This document shows, piece by piece, positions 13,194 to 28,624 of a stretch of DNA of 64,000 nucleotides. The stretch covers positions 62,001 to 126,000 of the forward strand of contig CAXHJY010000967.1 in NCBI GenBank assembly GCA_964016885.1, written 5' to 3'. The notes below the pieces were generated by a model. That model was not told the DNA's origin and did not search any database. It saw nothing but the letters and a program-made list of their open reading frames with translations. Both the position numbers and the translations under genes were made by a program. Position 1 is the first letter of the stretch, and every line of letters begins with the position of its first letter. The DNA comes from Eledone cirrhosa. Its lineage: Eukaryota.

Positions 13194-13419
13194 TTAACCC
13201 GCATTTAAACTGGCTGTATCTAGCCAGAATTTTCTCACCGCCTTTTGTTTAAACTGGCCATAACCAGCTGCTCATACATATGTTAAGGTATTGTTCTCAA
13301 AATAAATAATATCAAAATTTTGTAGATTCGATACTATATGAGATAATTATGGGAGATAAAGCCTTTACCATGAAAATACAATAGTAAATACAGAGTAATG
13401 TATAATGCTAAAGGGTTAA
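13194..13419. mobile_element. piggyBac-like MITE family 1
   Basis: TTAA-CCC...GGG-TTAA ends; homologous to 28399-28624 and 37593-37820. Confidence 0.8.
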
Positions 13420-14477
13420 AGATACAGTAGGTATTTTTTAACTAATAATTTATATATCTCGCAAAATGTCTAAAACAAAATATTGTATATTTAGAATATT
13501 CAAATATGAAAGGAAAACAAAAAGAAATTAACCTCATGTCTTTATTTCTATATATGTAAGATGGTCAAGTGAATGCTTCCCAAGTAGTAAGTAGAGTCCG
13601 AATAGCTAATAAAGCAGAGTTATAGGATTTCCCATTACTGTCAAAAAGACAAGCACTAGTGGACAGAAAATATTTGTTTCTATCATATTGGTAAATAACA
13701 CAGTAGTTAGTAGACAGAATATAATCATATGAAATATTAAATAGACAAATTTGCTTTTAGTCATGTTTTCTGTGTTTTTTTCTCTTTGTTACTTTGTTCA
13801 CTAAAAGTACTATAATTTCCAAAATGTTATCAAATACTAAAACATTTCAAGTTTGAGCACAAAATATAGTAAAAAAAAATAGAAAAAAAAAAATGCAAAA
13901 CAACTTTGCAAATAGTATTAAACAGTTTGCAGATATTAAACTACTTATTTTAAATGAAATCAAGAGAGTCGAGAAATAATTGGAATATGACATGAAATTA
14001 TATAAAGAGTATTTGTCTTTGAATTGAAAGAAAATATACAAAAATAAAAATTAACAGGAAAAAAACATTAACAAAGGAAGAAATAGACAAGATGACATCA
14101 TTGGGTGAAAAGAGTATATTAAAGCACTTTCTCTATTATGGATTATCTATTATATTTCACTCACTGTATTAAAACAGCTCCCATATGCTTATCCATAATG
14201 TAAAGATTATGAAGAAATCCATTAAAAATTTCATATTGCTAAAGAATCCTTCATGGTGTGTTAAATAATAATTGACAAAGAAAAATTTAGATTTTGTATT
14301 CAATAATTGTTTTCTTATACAGGCACAAAGCCCATGATTTTTTTTTAGGGGTTGGGGAACAGAACGATGTGATGTTCATACCTTTCCCGAGGACATTAGC
14401 AACGTAAGTAAAGTGAAATGACTCATCCAATGGAAACTGAGTCCACGACTGAGAGCTCACCTCTACTCTACGGCACT

Positions 14478-17766
<3,289 letters not shown>

Positions 17767-17768
<2 letters not shown>

Positions 17769-18257
17769 GAACCCACATAAAAATAAGAAAACTCATCGCT
17801 AGAGCAGCTGTTAAAACAGCCAAATGCTGTCAATGATAGTAATGGGAAAAAATGGCTTAGAAGACAGTGGCCAGTGGTGAGCAGACAGACAATCCATGAG
17901 GTGGGCGACAGGCAGATAAAATATAGAAAAGATAGAATGGTACTCTCAATTAAATCGCATGAAACCATTTTGTTGGTTTGAGAGCCGATGAAGGTGAAGA
18001 TGTATGTGTGAACTTGTCTTCTGCACTACCTTTCTTTATTTTCTTCTTCTGGTCACTACTATGCACCAACACACTTCTAGTCCTCCTCCTCTCTAAATCG
18101 TTTCTATATTTCACCTGCCTGTCACCCACATCGTGGATTGTCTTTCTGCGGACTATTGGCTACTGGTCACTGTCCTCAGCGGCATTTTTGCCAAATGCTG
18201 TCATTGACAACATTGGGCTGTTCTAGCAATGAATTTTCTCATTTTTCTGTGGGTTCA
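17767..18257. repeat. Foldback element, ~170-bp imperfect inverted arms
   Basis: tgaacccaca...aatccatgaggtgggcgacaggcag versus ctgcctgtcacccacatcgtggatt...tgtgggttca. Confidence 0.8.
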
Positions 18258-18287
18258 GGTAGACTCTTGCTTTGCCTCGATCGGAGA

Positions 18288-18363
18288 CTGCAATGTTTGT
18301 TTGTATATATATATATATATTTATATATTGTTATACTTGGGGAGGGTCATATTCTGCAATGTT

Positions 18364-18404
<41 letters not shown>

Positions 18405-18425
18405 ATACTTGGGGAGGGTCATATT
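18288..18425. repeat. Two-copy tandem duplication, ~66-72 bp unit with variable (TA)n
   Basis: ctgcaatgtttgt..(ta)n..ttgttatacttggggagggtcatatt occurs twice. Confidence 0.85.
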
Positions 18426-18611
18426 GTTGTAATATTATTGCCAGAAATAATAATATTATATATATATATATACACACACACATTAACATATATAGTACAA
18501 ACAGAATATGACATGAAGAAGCAATCATTTTTGCAGCTGCATTTTTACATTCATTTTATAGGGGAAAAAGATGGAACATAAAAAGTTCTTGACATTTGAA
18601 AAAAAAAAAGA

Positions 18612-18825
18612 TATATATATATATATATATGTGCGTGTGTATATGTATATATACATACATACAAATATGCACATATATAAATACATACATGAATATATCC
18701 ATACAAATATATCTATACATACATACATATATAAATACATACATATACATATATAAATACATATATACATACACATACATACATATTAATACATATACAT
18801 ATGTACATATATATATATACATATT

Positions 18826-18856
<31 letters not shown>

Positions 18857-18968
18857 ATAAATATACATACATATATATATAAATATATACATAAATATAC
18901 ATACATATATATATAAATATATACATAAATATACATACATATTTATACATATACATATATATACATAC

Positions 18969-19002
<34 letters not shown>
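18612..19002. repeat. Degenerate TA/CA microsatellite (others at 7466-7800, 12640-12910, 55463-55533)
   Basis: Direct inspection. Confidence 0.95.
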
Positions 19003-19003
<1 letters not shown>

Positions 19004-19163
19004 GTACACATTAATCTTCTTCAGCTCATGTTCTATAACCTAGGCTGAATGTGCAACTGAGAGTACAGGAACCATGGTGAATGAATGTTGAAATGAAAGA
19101 AAAAAAAATGAAAGAAAATAAAAAAAAAAAAAAAAAAAAAAAAAAATGAATAGACTGCCTCAC

Positions 19164-19261
19164 TTGACTGCAGCGAACTGCCAGAGGTGTGTGGTGTAGA
19201 AGGGTTGTATCACCTCAACATTGTACAAACAACACAATCACTCCTCTGGTAGCAGTCATCA
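19164..19261 (-). other. Structured, exon-like element downstream of the MKK7 stop
   Basis: atatcag acceptor and GTGAGG donor; 98 nt; GC-richer than its flanks; folds into one long imperfect hairpin (CTACCAGAGG/CCTCTGGCAG, GACTG/CAGTC, TTGTA/TACAA). Confidence 0.5.
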
Positions 19262-19316
19262 CTGATATACACACATACATACATAGCAAACACACAAGTT
19301 AAATGATTAGAGAAGC

Positions 19317-19406
19317 TTATGAAGAATTCATTAACTGAGACACATCTGCAAACCAAGCAGCCACATCTACATTTAACATCTCATATCTCTTTATGAATGG
19401 GTGTTC
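19317..19406 (-). CDS. MAP2K7: MKK7 last kinase exon, coding part (90 nt): EHPFIKRYEMLNVDVAAWFADVSQLMNSS*
   Basis: Long pyrimidine tract plus cag acceptor; DVD docking-site homology; TAA at 19317-19319. Confidence 0.95.
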   Translation of the reverse strand, partial: EHPFIKRYEMLNVDVAAWFADVSQLMNSS

Positions 19407-19494
19407 CTGAAAAAACAGAGAAAAAACAAAGTATCATCACTAATTAATTAAAAAACAAGGAATGAAAGACTAAGAAAGAACAAAATTAAATAAA

Positions 19495-19937
19495 ATTCAT
19501 AGAAAATGTAGGAAAACTCAGACACAGAAAATAACTAAGTACAGTTGGTTGCTATAAATAGCTTAGAAAATTGGGTAAAGACCCTTTATAAATTGGAAAA
19601 GGTGGCTAGCATTTGTCATGAAGGATCGAGTTGTGTATCTTTCAGATAGCAACTGACTGTTCTAATCATTGAATTAAAGTTCAAACTTTGCATACAATGT
19701 TTAGATTTTCAAAGCTGTTTGATTTCGCTTATAATTTAGATGGTGATTGTTTAGCTTAAAGGTAAGAGCAGTCAGTTGGTATTTAAAAGATATGGAGCTT
19801 AATTCTTCATAGTGACTCCTGGTCACTTCTTTCTCTTTATAACAGGTCTTTACCCACTTTTCTAAGATATTTATAGTAACCAACGGTATTTACAGCTATT
19901 TTCTGTCGCTGTGTTTTCCCACATTTTCTATGAATAT
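19495..19937. repeat. Foldback element, ~190-bp imperfect inverted arms
   Basis: attcatagaaaatgt...gggtaaagacc...caactgactgttct versus agagcagtcagttg...ggtctttaccc...acattttctatgaat. Confidence 0.8.
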
Positions 19938-20035
19938 CATAATCTCTCATCACTTCGAAAATTCAAACTTTGTATACAACCTTGTTTACATAAAATTTAT
20001 TTAGAATTATAATTATAAATATGAAAAATACTACA

Positions 20036-20096
<61 letters not shown>

Positions 20097-20464
20097 TAAA
20101 AAGGAAAAGAAAATGCTGACAAATTTTTCCCAGTGAAAAATAGTTTAATTAGTAATAAGTATAAATTAGTAATAAGTATTAGTTAGTATTCAGTTTTAGT
20201 TTTAAGTTTTTACCGGTTGCGCATAATAATTTTGAGATAGAGTGCTCGTGATTTTTGCTCTAATCTGTGTGTATATATATATATATACACACACACACAT
20301 GCACCTATCATCGTCTTATGTTCAATTTTAAAAAGGAACTGACTTTTAGAGATACTATTTTACAGCCAGATTACCTTCCTGATTCTAACCTTTTCGTCAG
20401 TCACCTCATAAAGCACACACCAGTATACAAAGACACATATACATATATACAATTACACACACAT

Positions 20465-21150
20465 ATCATCATCATCATTGTTTAACATTCACTAGCCTAG
20501 GTTTAACCAAGTCAGTACTAACCAAATTGAAGCCACTCTCTATTATAGAGTCATAAATCCTTCTGCAGTCATCTCATTAGAAAGAGGAAATTGATTGTAC
20601 CCTTTCCTAGCACAAAAATAATCAGCATCTCATCTAAGCTAATTTTCTTCCTAATCAGTTGTGCTGTAATACTTTCATTAACTTTGATAATTTGGTCCAT
20701 CAATTTGATGGCTCTATATTCACCTCTTTTGACCTTGTTGACTGATAATGATATAAATACACCATTAGTGGTTAGAGCATTGGACTTGTAATCGAAAGGT
20801 TGTGAGTTCAATTCTCGGACCAGGTGATGTGTTGTTTCCTTGAGCAAGACACTTTATTTCACATTGCTCCAGTTTACTTGGCTGTAGAAATGAGATGATA
20901 GGACTGGAGTCCCTATCATTAAATTCCCCAAGACACCTCCAACGAGATATACCTTGGAGGAGGCCAGCTAAACCTGCATAGGTGTGAGCTGTCACACACA
21001 CAGACACAAATACACCAGTCATTAGGCATTACACTTCTCTAAACAACCTAATTGACATATTTCACCAGATATTTTCAGCATCTCGGTGACTGTCCTTGAT
21101 GACCCAGCTACCTTCACTGTCTTTATATCTTTTATTGCACCTTTGACCAT
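20465..21150 (-). mobile_element. Decayed, internally deleted RTE fragment interrupted by a SINE
   Basis: YRAIKLMDQIIKV...LDEM (ORF 20569-20847); GAT-type tail near 20466-20490. Confidence 0.7.
20768..20895 (+). mobile_element. SINE family B, 5' part (relatives at about 24530-24845, 26340-26450, 41415-41557)
   Basis: Matches the head and core of 36782-37048. Confidence 0.8.
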
Positions 21151-21214
21151 ACTGCTTTACACAAAAATAAAACCTACCTGCCCCAGGAATTTCCTTAAAA
21201 GTAATATATCCTTA

Positions 21215-22053
21215 AGTATTGTATTTCTAAGTCCTAGTATGTAGAAAGGAAAACAGGTCTAGATTCCCTCAGGGAAATGGCCTTGCACATTGTGCAGAAA
21301 AGGAGTAGGTAGAAATTCCATCCTATATCCCAAATGCAAACTATGGGCACAAAAGAGATGTAGTGGCATCTCAGGCAGGCTAACATAGAATGTAAGTTTT
21401 AAATGTGGCCAATGCACAGGTGCTGTAAGTAGCAAGACCTCACAGGATACTAGTTTCTTTAAATACCGAGAAGGCTCTGTAGAAGTAGGAGATAGTTTCT
21501 GTTACCTGGGTGACCAAATTAGCAGTGGAGGAGGGTGTTCTGAAAGCACAGTAGCCAGAGTGAGAACAGGTTGGTGCTCAAAGTTGATGGAAGCTATGGA
21601 ATAGGAAGACCTAAAATTTGGGATGAGGTGATAAAAGCTAACCTTATACAATTGCACCTCTCAAAGGCAATAGCACGAGACTGTAATCTTTAGAGCTTAT
21701 GCAGTAATACAGAAGACCCACATTCTCATGTGCACAGGTTGAGGCATACATCTAGTATGCACCACCTTCCCATCCACTACCCCTTCTATACACCCCACCC
21801 CTCACCCATGCCTCTAGATTTACCTTCCCCACCCAAGTCCCACACTGTAAAGTGGTAGTGTAGGTATCACGACAAAAAGCACCCAGTACACACTGTAAAT
21901 GTAGTTGGTGTTATGAAGGGCATCTAGCCGTAGAAACCAAGCCAAAATCAGTTCTGTGTGAGCAAGACATGGTCATCTGACCTGCCTTGTCTCATAACAA
22001 GACAGTTTGTCTAACCCATGCTAGCATGGAAAATGGATGTTAAATGATGATGT
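21215..22053 (+). mobile_element. Decayed RTE LINE 3' part with internal deletion
   Basis: GKWPC...WAQKRCSG...FCYLGDQISSGGGCSES; deletion near 21574; 3' UTR and GAT tail. Confidence 0.85.
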
Positions 22054-22354
22054 TTGTTACTACAGACTAGTTTGATAAACAGATATGCAGCTCAAATTTA
22101 TTTACATATTTTTGATACTTTTATTTATTTCAGTCCACACTGTAAATGTGGTTACATTAGGAAGGCCATCCAGCCAGATAGTCCTATACGAGCGAGACAC
22201 GGTCAACCGACCAATCTTGCCTCAAGTGGGACAACTCCCGTCTAACTCAGGCAAACGTGGAAGATGGACGTTAAACGATGATGATGAAGAGTCCCTAGCT
22301 CTTTTGCATTGGATTGAATACAATTCTTCAAATTTGAAAACATTATCAACTCAC

Positions 22355-22400
22355 CAATAATTTCTTGTATTTAGGTCTTTTCTTATAATCTTTAGTTAGG
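22355..22400 (-). CDS. MAP2K7: MKK7 exon (46 nt): (C)LTKDYKKRPKYKKLL
   Basis: tttcttcag/GTGAGT; subdomain XI. Confidence 0.97.
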
Positions 22401-22529
22401 CTGAAGAAACAAAAGTAAAGGAATATGAGTGAAAACAATATAACACATGCAAGTGTACATACATGTATACAATCATAAATTACACATCTGGTTTTCTATG
22501 TTAATATGGATTGGATATATTTACAAAAT

Positions 22530-22860
22530 GACACAGGACCGTGACCCCTGGCGTCACGCAGTAATACAGAATACCTGACTTCCCACGGGTACAGGCTGAA
22601 GCTGCAAAGTGGTCGTGGAGGTGCTATGACAAACAAGCACCCAGCCCACACTATAAAGTGGACGTGTAGGCGCCATGGAAAAAAAGCACCCAGCACTCAC
22701 TGTAAATGAGGTTGGTGTTAGGAAGAGCATCCAGCTGTAGAAATCAAGCCAGAATCAGTTCCAGTATGAGCAAGACAAGGTCAGCCGACTGGACAACCCG
22801 TCTAACCCATGCTAGCTTGGAAGAACGCACGTAAAACGGTGATGATGATGATGATGATAA
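22530..22860 (+). mobile_element. RTE 3'-UTR/SINE-like insertion with three cacactgtaaa modules
   Basis: Close match to 46423-46692; GAT tail. Confidence 0.75.
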
Positions 22861-23299
22861 TGACATATTGACATTTCTCTTGGGCCTATATCTTGTCTGT
22901 GTAGCTCAACATTCTTAGATCTAACCTAGCTGTTTCTTCTTATAGTTTCTTGTGCTGCAAGAAGCATTCTTCTCACAATACATGACACATTTTCATTTAT
23001 GAGCATCCACTGATCTTCCACGTTTAATGACCATATCTTATTACAATACAGTATTACATTTGTTATGCATATTTCATAGTCAGCTTTTTGCATTAAGACC
23101 CTATTATTGCATCACCCCATTCACTGTGGTTCAACTTTTTGGACAGATGTAATATACTAACCTGTTTTTTTTTTATCTTATCCTTTGTTGTGAATGTTAC
23201 ACATATGGTTCCATAATTCTTTTCTTGACTAACATCAATTGCAATTGAAGCTGATTTGATAGTTAATACTATGCTTTCCCTAATAGTTTTAGGTGTTCA

Positions 23300-23615
23300 T
23301 AATAATAATAATATTGAAATTATTGTGTACAGTGCTCAGGTGCACTACAACTCATCAAAGGTACATGTATAGTACATAGAATAATATACAAATGTATGTC
23401 AGGGAAGTGAATAGTGTATGAGTCATGATATACATGTGTGTATGAGTATGGAGGGGGAATATTAGGTGTAGTGTTGGCGAATCTCAGGAAGCATGGAGGC
23501 TTTAAAGGATGCAGTGTCTTGACAGCTAACAACTGATGCAGGTAGTTTGTTCCATGCTTCAGCAATTCTGAGCGTGAAAAAAAGTTTCCGAAAGTCATGA
23601 GAGCTGTGCTGTTTT
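23300..23615 (-). mobile_element. CR1-type LINE 3' fragment, inverted relative to 30256-30633
   Basis: Reverse-complement similarity to 30340-30633 including the tail. Confidence 0.8.
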
Positions 23616-23799
23616 CTGACTTTGTCATGTTCCTATAAACAGACACCCTTTCAACCTGGACCCACAATGTGATAGTTAAAGAGAAAGAAGGGCTGCATCA
23701 GCACCAGGTTGCTATTTTTTTATTTATTGGCCATGAACAGATGAAAGGCAAAGTAGATCAAGACATTTTGTTGAACATTCTAACAAATCTGCCAAATAA

Positions 23800-24005
23800 T
23801 AGTTTCTTATTTAGGCACAAGGCCATCAATTTTGGAGGAGGGGAAAGTCGATTAAATCGACCCGTGTGTGACTGGTACTTTATTTTATCAACCCCGTAAG
23901 GATGAAAGGCAAAGTTAACCTTGGCGGGATTTGAACTCAGATCATAAAGGGCTGTAACTCTATGCTGCAAAGCATGGCGTCCGCCCCTCTACCATTACTG
24001 CCAAA
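23800..24005 (-). mobile_element. SINE family A
   Basis: Reverse-complement match to 11256-11478. Confidence 0.85.
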
Positions 24006-24054
24006 TAATAACAATAAGAGACCCTTTCCGATAGTGACATGGTTTGAGAAGACA

Positions 24055-24246
24055 TTAACCCCTTCATTACCATATTACTAATAAAGGTACTGCCTATGAT
24101 GTTCAAATCATTAACTTCCTCATTATTAAACTGGTTGTTTGGAGCATAAGGATCTTACATAAAATTATGATGGAAAGTTTTTAGATAACAGTTTTATACC
24201 AGAGAACTAAGAGTAGTTTCAGGTGGTTTAGTATAAAAGGGTTTAA
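24055..24246. mobile_element. piggyBac-like MITE family 2
   Basis: ttaacccct(t)cattaccata...gtataaaagggtttaa; related to 34796-35052, 25978-26099 and more weakly 8686-8906. Confidence 0.65.
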
Positions 24247-24273
24247 ATAGTGAGAATAATCTAAATTACTTAC

Positions 24274-24416
24274 CAATCTCTTACAAATGAACAAAAATCT
24301 AGTGAGAAGCCATTGTTGGAAGGGAGAAGTGGTGGCTCTTCTTGCAACACCTTTGTGAGAAGCTCAAAATCTGTTCTGCAATTCTTGTATGGAAATTCAC
24401 CTGTTGCAAGTTCAAC
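24274..24416 (-). CDS. MAP2K7: MKK7 exon (143 nt): VELATGEFPYKNCRTDFELLTKVLQEEPPLLPSNNGFSLDFCSFVRD(C)
   Basis: ttttccccag/GTAAGT; phase 0 to 2. Confidence 0.98.
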
Positions 24417-24879
24417 CTGGGGAAAAAAAGAGAAGTATCATCCATTTTATTTAAGGAGATATTTTTATGTCTTTTGACATTCTTTTTTTTTTTTTACTTG
24501 TAATCAGTGATTAAATTTCTTTCGTTCTTTTATTGGTTTCAGCCAGTAGATTGCAGCTTTGCCTTAAATCAATCATATCAACCCCAGTACATATTATTTT
24601 CAAGCCTGATACTTATTTTATCAATCTCCTTTTGTTGAACTGCTATGTTACAGAACATAAAAACTGATATAGAAACAAATGCAAACACAGACACACACAC
24701 ACACATATATATATACACACACACATACATATACAATGGGCTTCTGCATTTACCATCTATCAAATTTCACTCAAGACATTGGGACTGAACAAAAACAATG
24801 TGTGGTTATGAAACAAACTCCTTAGCCCCACAGCCATGCCTGTGCCCTTGTCCAATATTGAAATATGAAAACTTTCACA

Positions 24880-25215
24880 AGAAACAGGAATCCGAAGTGG
24901 TGTGCAAGAGTATGAGCATATGATGCACATGGATGATGATCGCTGGGTGAAGAAGTGCTAAGAAATCCCAGTGGAAGGAAGTCACAGTAGAGGGGAAACC
25001 AAAGAAAACCTGGCCAGAGATGGTGAGAGCTGATTTCAAATTGCTGGAACTTACAAAGGAAATGATGAAGGAAGATGACAAGTGGAGAGATACTGTGCTG
25101 TTGCTGGAACTTACAAAGGAAATGATGAAGGAAGATGACAAGTGGAGAGATACTGTGCTGAACAGGATTCATCCAACCCATTCAAGCATGGAAAAGTAGA
25201 TGTAAAAACGATGGT
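24880..25215 (+). mobile_element. RTE 3' fragment containing an exact 60-bp tandem duplication
   Basis: HMMHMDDDRWVKKC...RGKPKKTW; 25041-25100 equals 25101-25160. Confidence 0.8.
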
Positions 25216-25218
25216 GCT

Positions 25219-25410
25219 AATTGTTTCTACTTTTGACAAAAGACCAGCAATTACTCCAGTGCATTACTGGTACTTTATTTTATCAACCAAATAAGGATGA
25301 AAGGCAAAGTTAACCGTGGTGGGATTTGAACTCAGAACACAAAGGGCCATAACTCTATGCTGCAAAGCATGGTGTCTGACACTCTACCGATACTGCCAAT
25401 CCACCACGAT
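25219..25410 (-). mobile_element. SINE family A, short subfamily
   Basis: Lacks the gtcgatttaatcg...ccccc segment. Confidence 0.85.
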
Positions 25411-26718
25411 AGTAATAATGATGACTTACAATAATGCATCATAAATCATTTCTTTATAAAGTTTTAGTGCAATTCTTTAATAATAAACTATTTCAGAATG
25501 ATTGTAGTGTATGTGTGTGTGAGTGAGAGAGAGAAAGAGAGAGAGAGAGAGAGATATGCCCTTATGTTTCATGTTATTTGACTTCTACAACTCATTCCAT
25601 TTAATTCAGTTTCCCCGTAATCATTCTAATTCAATGCACATTCTTTAATCACAACAGTCAATACTAATTCCTATTACATATTATCCATTCACATAATCTC
25701 AGTCCACTTCAGCATTTGAAAGCAGCCAACTTTCATTGTTAGTTTTTTTTTAAACTTAAACATTTTACTGTCAATGCAGCTGAGCCTCTGAACTGAATAT
25801 ATTGTTTAGTTCCAGCTGTATTCATATTCACACTTATTCCAAGTTTTAAAACTTATCTTGCAGTTCTTTACTGGATTCTGCAAGAAACAGGTGATTTGGG
25901 AAAACCCTATCCTGACTTTTACTAGAAGCTATAGAATGAAGAGAAAGAAGCAAAAAGAACATGATGGATACACAACTCAACCCTTTCATTACTAGGAAAG
26001 ACACTGCCTATGATTATCAAATCATTTAAAAAGTAATCAAGAAGTTGGTGGCATTTGGTAATATAACTTTCTTATATAAAATTATGATAGAAGGGTTAAT
26101 TTTAAATACTTTCCTTGATAATGCTGCTAAGCAGCCCATGCTTCCAGTCTCTAATATAGAAATTCAATTATATGAATATTTTAAAAAAAATGTGGATGAC
26201 ATAAATGCAAAATATAGCAGTTTACGTTTTGATAAAATATTCCTTTTAGAATTGTGCTGCAGAGAACGATTATCTGCTTTGTAGCATGAGATAAAGTGAA
26301 TTCAACAATCTTATAATGAAAATGTTTACAATACAAAAGTATAGGCATGTTTGTATGGTTAAGGAATTCGTTTTGCAACCACATCTCAGGTTCAGTCCCA
26401 CAGCATGGCACTCTTGGGCAAGTAAGTGTCTTTTATTAGAGCCTTGGATTGATATTGCAATGCATCCTGCCTAATGCTCTCATTATTTTGTCAATCCATC
26501 ACTCTGGACTGGTACTATATTTACTGATCCAAAAAAGATGAAAGGCAAAGTTGAGTGTTGTAGAGTTTGAACTCAGAGCACAGAAAGCCAGAACAAATTT
26601 TATAAGACATAAATTGGCAAACATAACTCTGTTAGCTGAAAAATGTTCTCCAAACAGAAATTTTAATATATGTCGACATAGACAAATACTATGGTGTTGA
26701 TAGATATTAATAACTTAC

Positions 26719-26799
26719 TAAAGAGATCCCCAAGCTCCAAACGTCTGCACGGATATCATAATCTGGCCGTTCTGGATCTGGTGGATCAATTCTTTCAGG
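26719..26799 (-). CDS. MAP2K7: MKK7 exon (81 nt): PERIDPPDPERPDYDIRADVWSLGISL
   Basis: gaccag/GTAAGT; kinase subdomains VIII-IX. Confidence 0.98.
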
Positions 26800-27656
26800 C
26801 TGGTCAAATTAATAAAAAGAAAACAATGAATATATTTACTTCTTTCACATTCACTGAAGAAAGCAGGCATAAAAATATTAGTTACATCTAAAAAAATCTA
26901 AATGATATTTAAAAAAATAAAACACATTTTATTCTTTAAAATTTTTTATTACAATCTATTTTAAGTGGAAGTATGAAAGAAAAATTATCTTTTTTTCTCC
27001 AATATATCTAGTAAAAAATTTCACAAAATATAAGCAATAGAATTGTCATTTGAGAGTTTAAAATATCAAATGTATAATCTGCTACAAAACAAAAAGGAAG
27101 AGAATCAATCATTAGATTGGATTAAAAAAGACTTTCTATTGGTCATTTCATTGCTGATACTATCCACCAGTGACAACTAATGACAGGAGGAAGTGGGATT
27201 TGAACTCAGAATCTAAAGAACCAGATCAGATGCCACAAAGCATCTTGTTCAACTCTTTAACAATTCTGCTAATCCACTACCCTTATTTATAGTTATCAAC
27301 CCCGAAAGAACGAAAGGCAAAGTTGACCGCAGTGGAATCTGAACTCAAATCACACAGGGCCAGAAACAAAGCATTTAATCTGATACTTAACTCTTAATTT
27401 CCTATACCATATGGAACTACATTAAGATATTCTTGAAAAAAAAAGTACAAAATAGGAGTACAACTGCATCATATTAAAAAAAAAGCCTATACTGCATATT
27501 TTTAGAATGATCTGTTCACTAGTAAAGATACTATAGACATTTGAATTAACAAACCAGTTTTTAGATATTTTCTACTAAATCATTACACAATATATAGTTA
27601 TGAAATGATTACAAGAGCTACAGTGGTACGATGAGCAGATCAATTCAGTTACTTAC

Positions 27657-27784
27657 AGCCATGTATGCAGCACAGCCTGCACTTCTGGTCTTTGCTTTAG
27701 AATCAACTAAACGACCACTGATTCCAAAATCACACAATTTCACAGAGCCTTTTTCATCTAAAAGAATGTTGGAGGGCTTCACAT
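27657..27784 (-). CDS. MAP2K7: MKK7 exon (128 nt): (D)[42 protein letters not shown]
   Basis: Catalytic loop, DFG and SxAKT activation motif; ttattag/GTAAGT. Confidence 0.99.
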
Positions 27785-28231
27785 CTAATAAATAAATCAA
27801 AAGTACAACTTGAAAAACATTGTATCGAATTTAATTTTTTTTTCTTTTCACTTAAAGATAAATTTGAATTAAATTTCTTCCACAGAACAATAGTTAATGT
27901 ATTCAACAGATACACAAGTTTACAGGAGTAAAATTAATTGTTTAAATGTCTTTCAAAGTAGTGTAGCTATTGGTACTAAAGAAATTTCTACGCTAAGTTT
28001 AGTACAATTCTTCTTCTTTCCTAATTTATTATTTTATACAATTAATGACAATTTACCAAGAGAAAATGAGAAAAAGATGTGGAAGTTATAAACTTCAAAT
28101 AATTTTTACAAAATTTTGTAACAATTACACTAGTTAATGGTATCACAATATAAAATATTCTTTAATAAGCTAACATTAATAAGTGAAGCCATTAGACTTG
28201 GCCTTGCAAGATGTTGAGTAAAACTACTAAC

Positions 28232-28283
28232 CTCTATGTATCACACCATGTCGTTCTTTAAGGTAATTCAATGCTTTTACAAT
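28232..28283 (-). CDS. MAP2K7: MKK7 exon (52 nt): IVKALNYLKERHGVIHR(D)
   Basis: ttttag/GTTAGT; the HRD aspartate codon is split by a phase-1 intron. Confidence 0.97.
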
Positions 28284-28398
28284 CTAAAATGAAAAATAAA
28301 AAAAGCTGTAAACTGAATAACATCTACATTATTTCTAAATCAATTATCCTATCTAATGTATTTTCAATTAGTATCAATACCAGAGACATCAGTACTGG

Positions 28399-28624
28399 TT
28401 AACCCTTTAGCATTTAAACTGGCTGTATCCAGCAAAATTCTTTCACCTCTTTCTGTTGAAACCATCCATAAACGGCCACTCATACTGATGTTAAGGTATT
28501 GTTCTCAAAATAAATAACATCAAAATCTCAGAATTGATATTATGTGAGATAATTATGTAAGGTAAAGCCTTTACCATGAAAAGACAATAGTAAATATAGA
28601 GTAATGTAAATGCTAAGAAGTTAA
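28399..28624. mobile_element. piggyBac-like MITE family 1
   Basis: ttaaccctttagcattta...taaatgctaagaagttaa. Confidence 0.8.

Noticed and set aside
19160-19265. Box C-like GTGATGA at the start of the hairpin (snoRNA), or a SECIS/pre-miRNA reading
   Set aside because: No terminal CTGA box D or closing stem on that strand; no AUGA/GA quartet with apical AA; stem too irregular for a confident miRNA call.
20465-22053. Head-to-head RTE pieces resembling a twin-priming 5' inversion
   Set aside because: The minus-strand piece has its own GAT tail, so two independent insertions is simpler.
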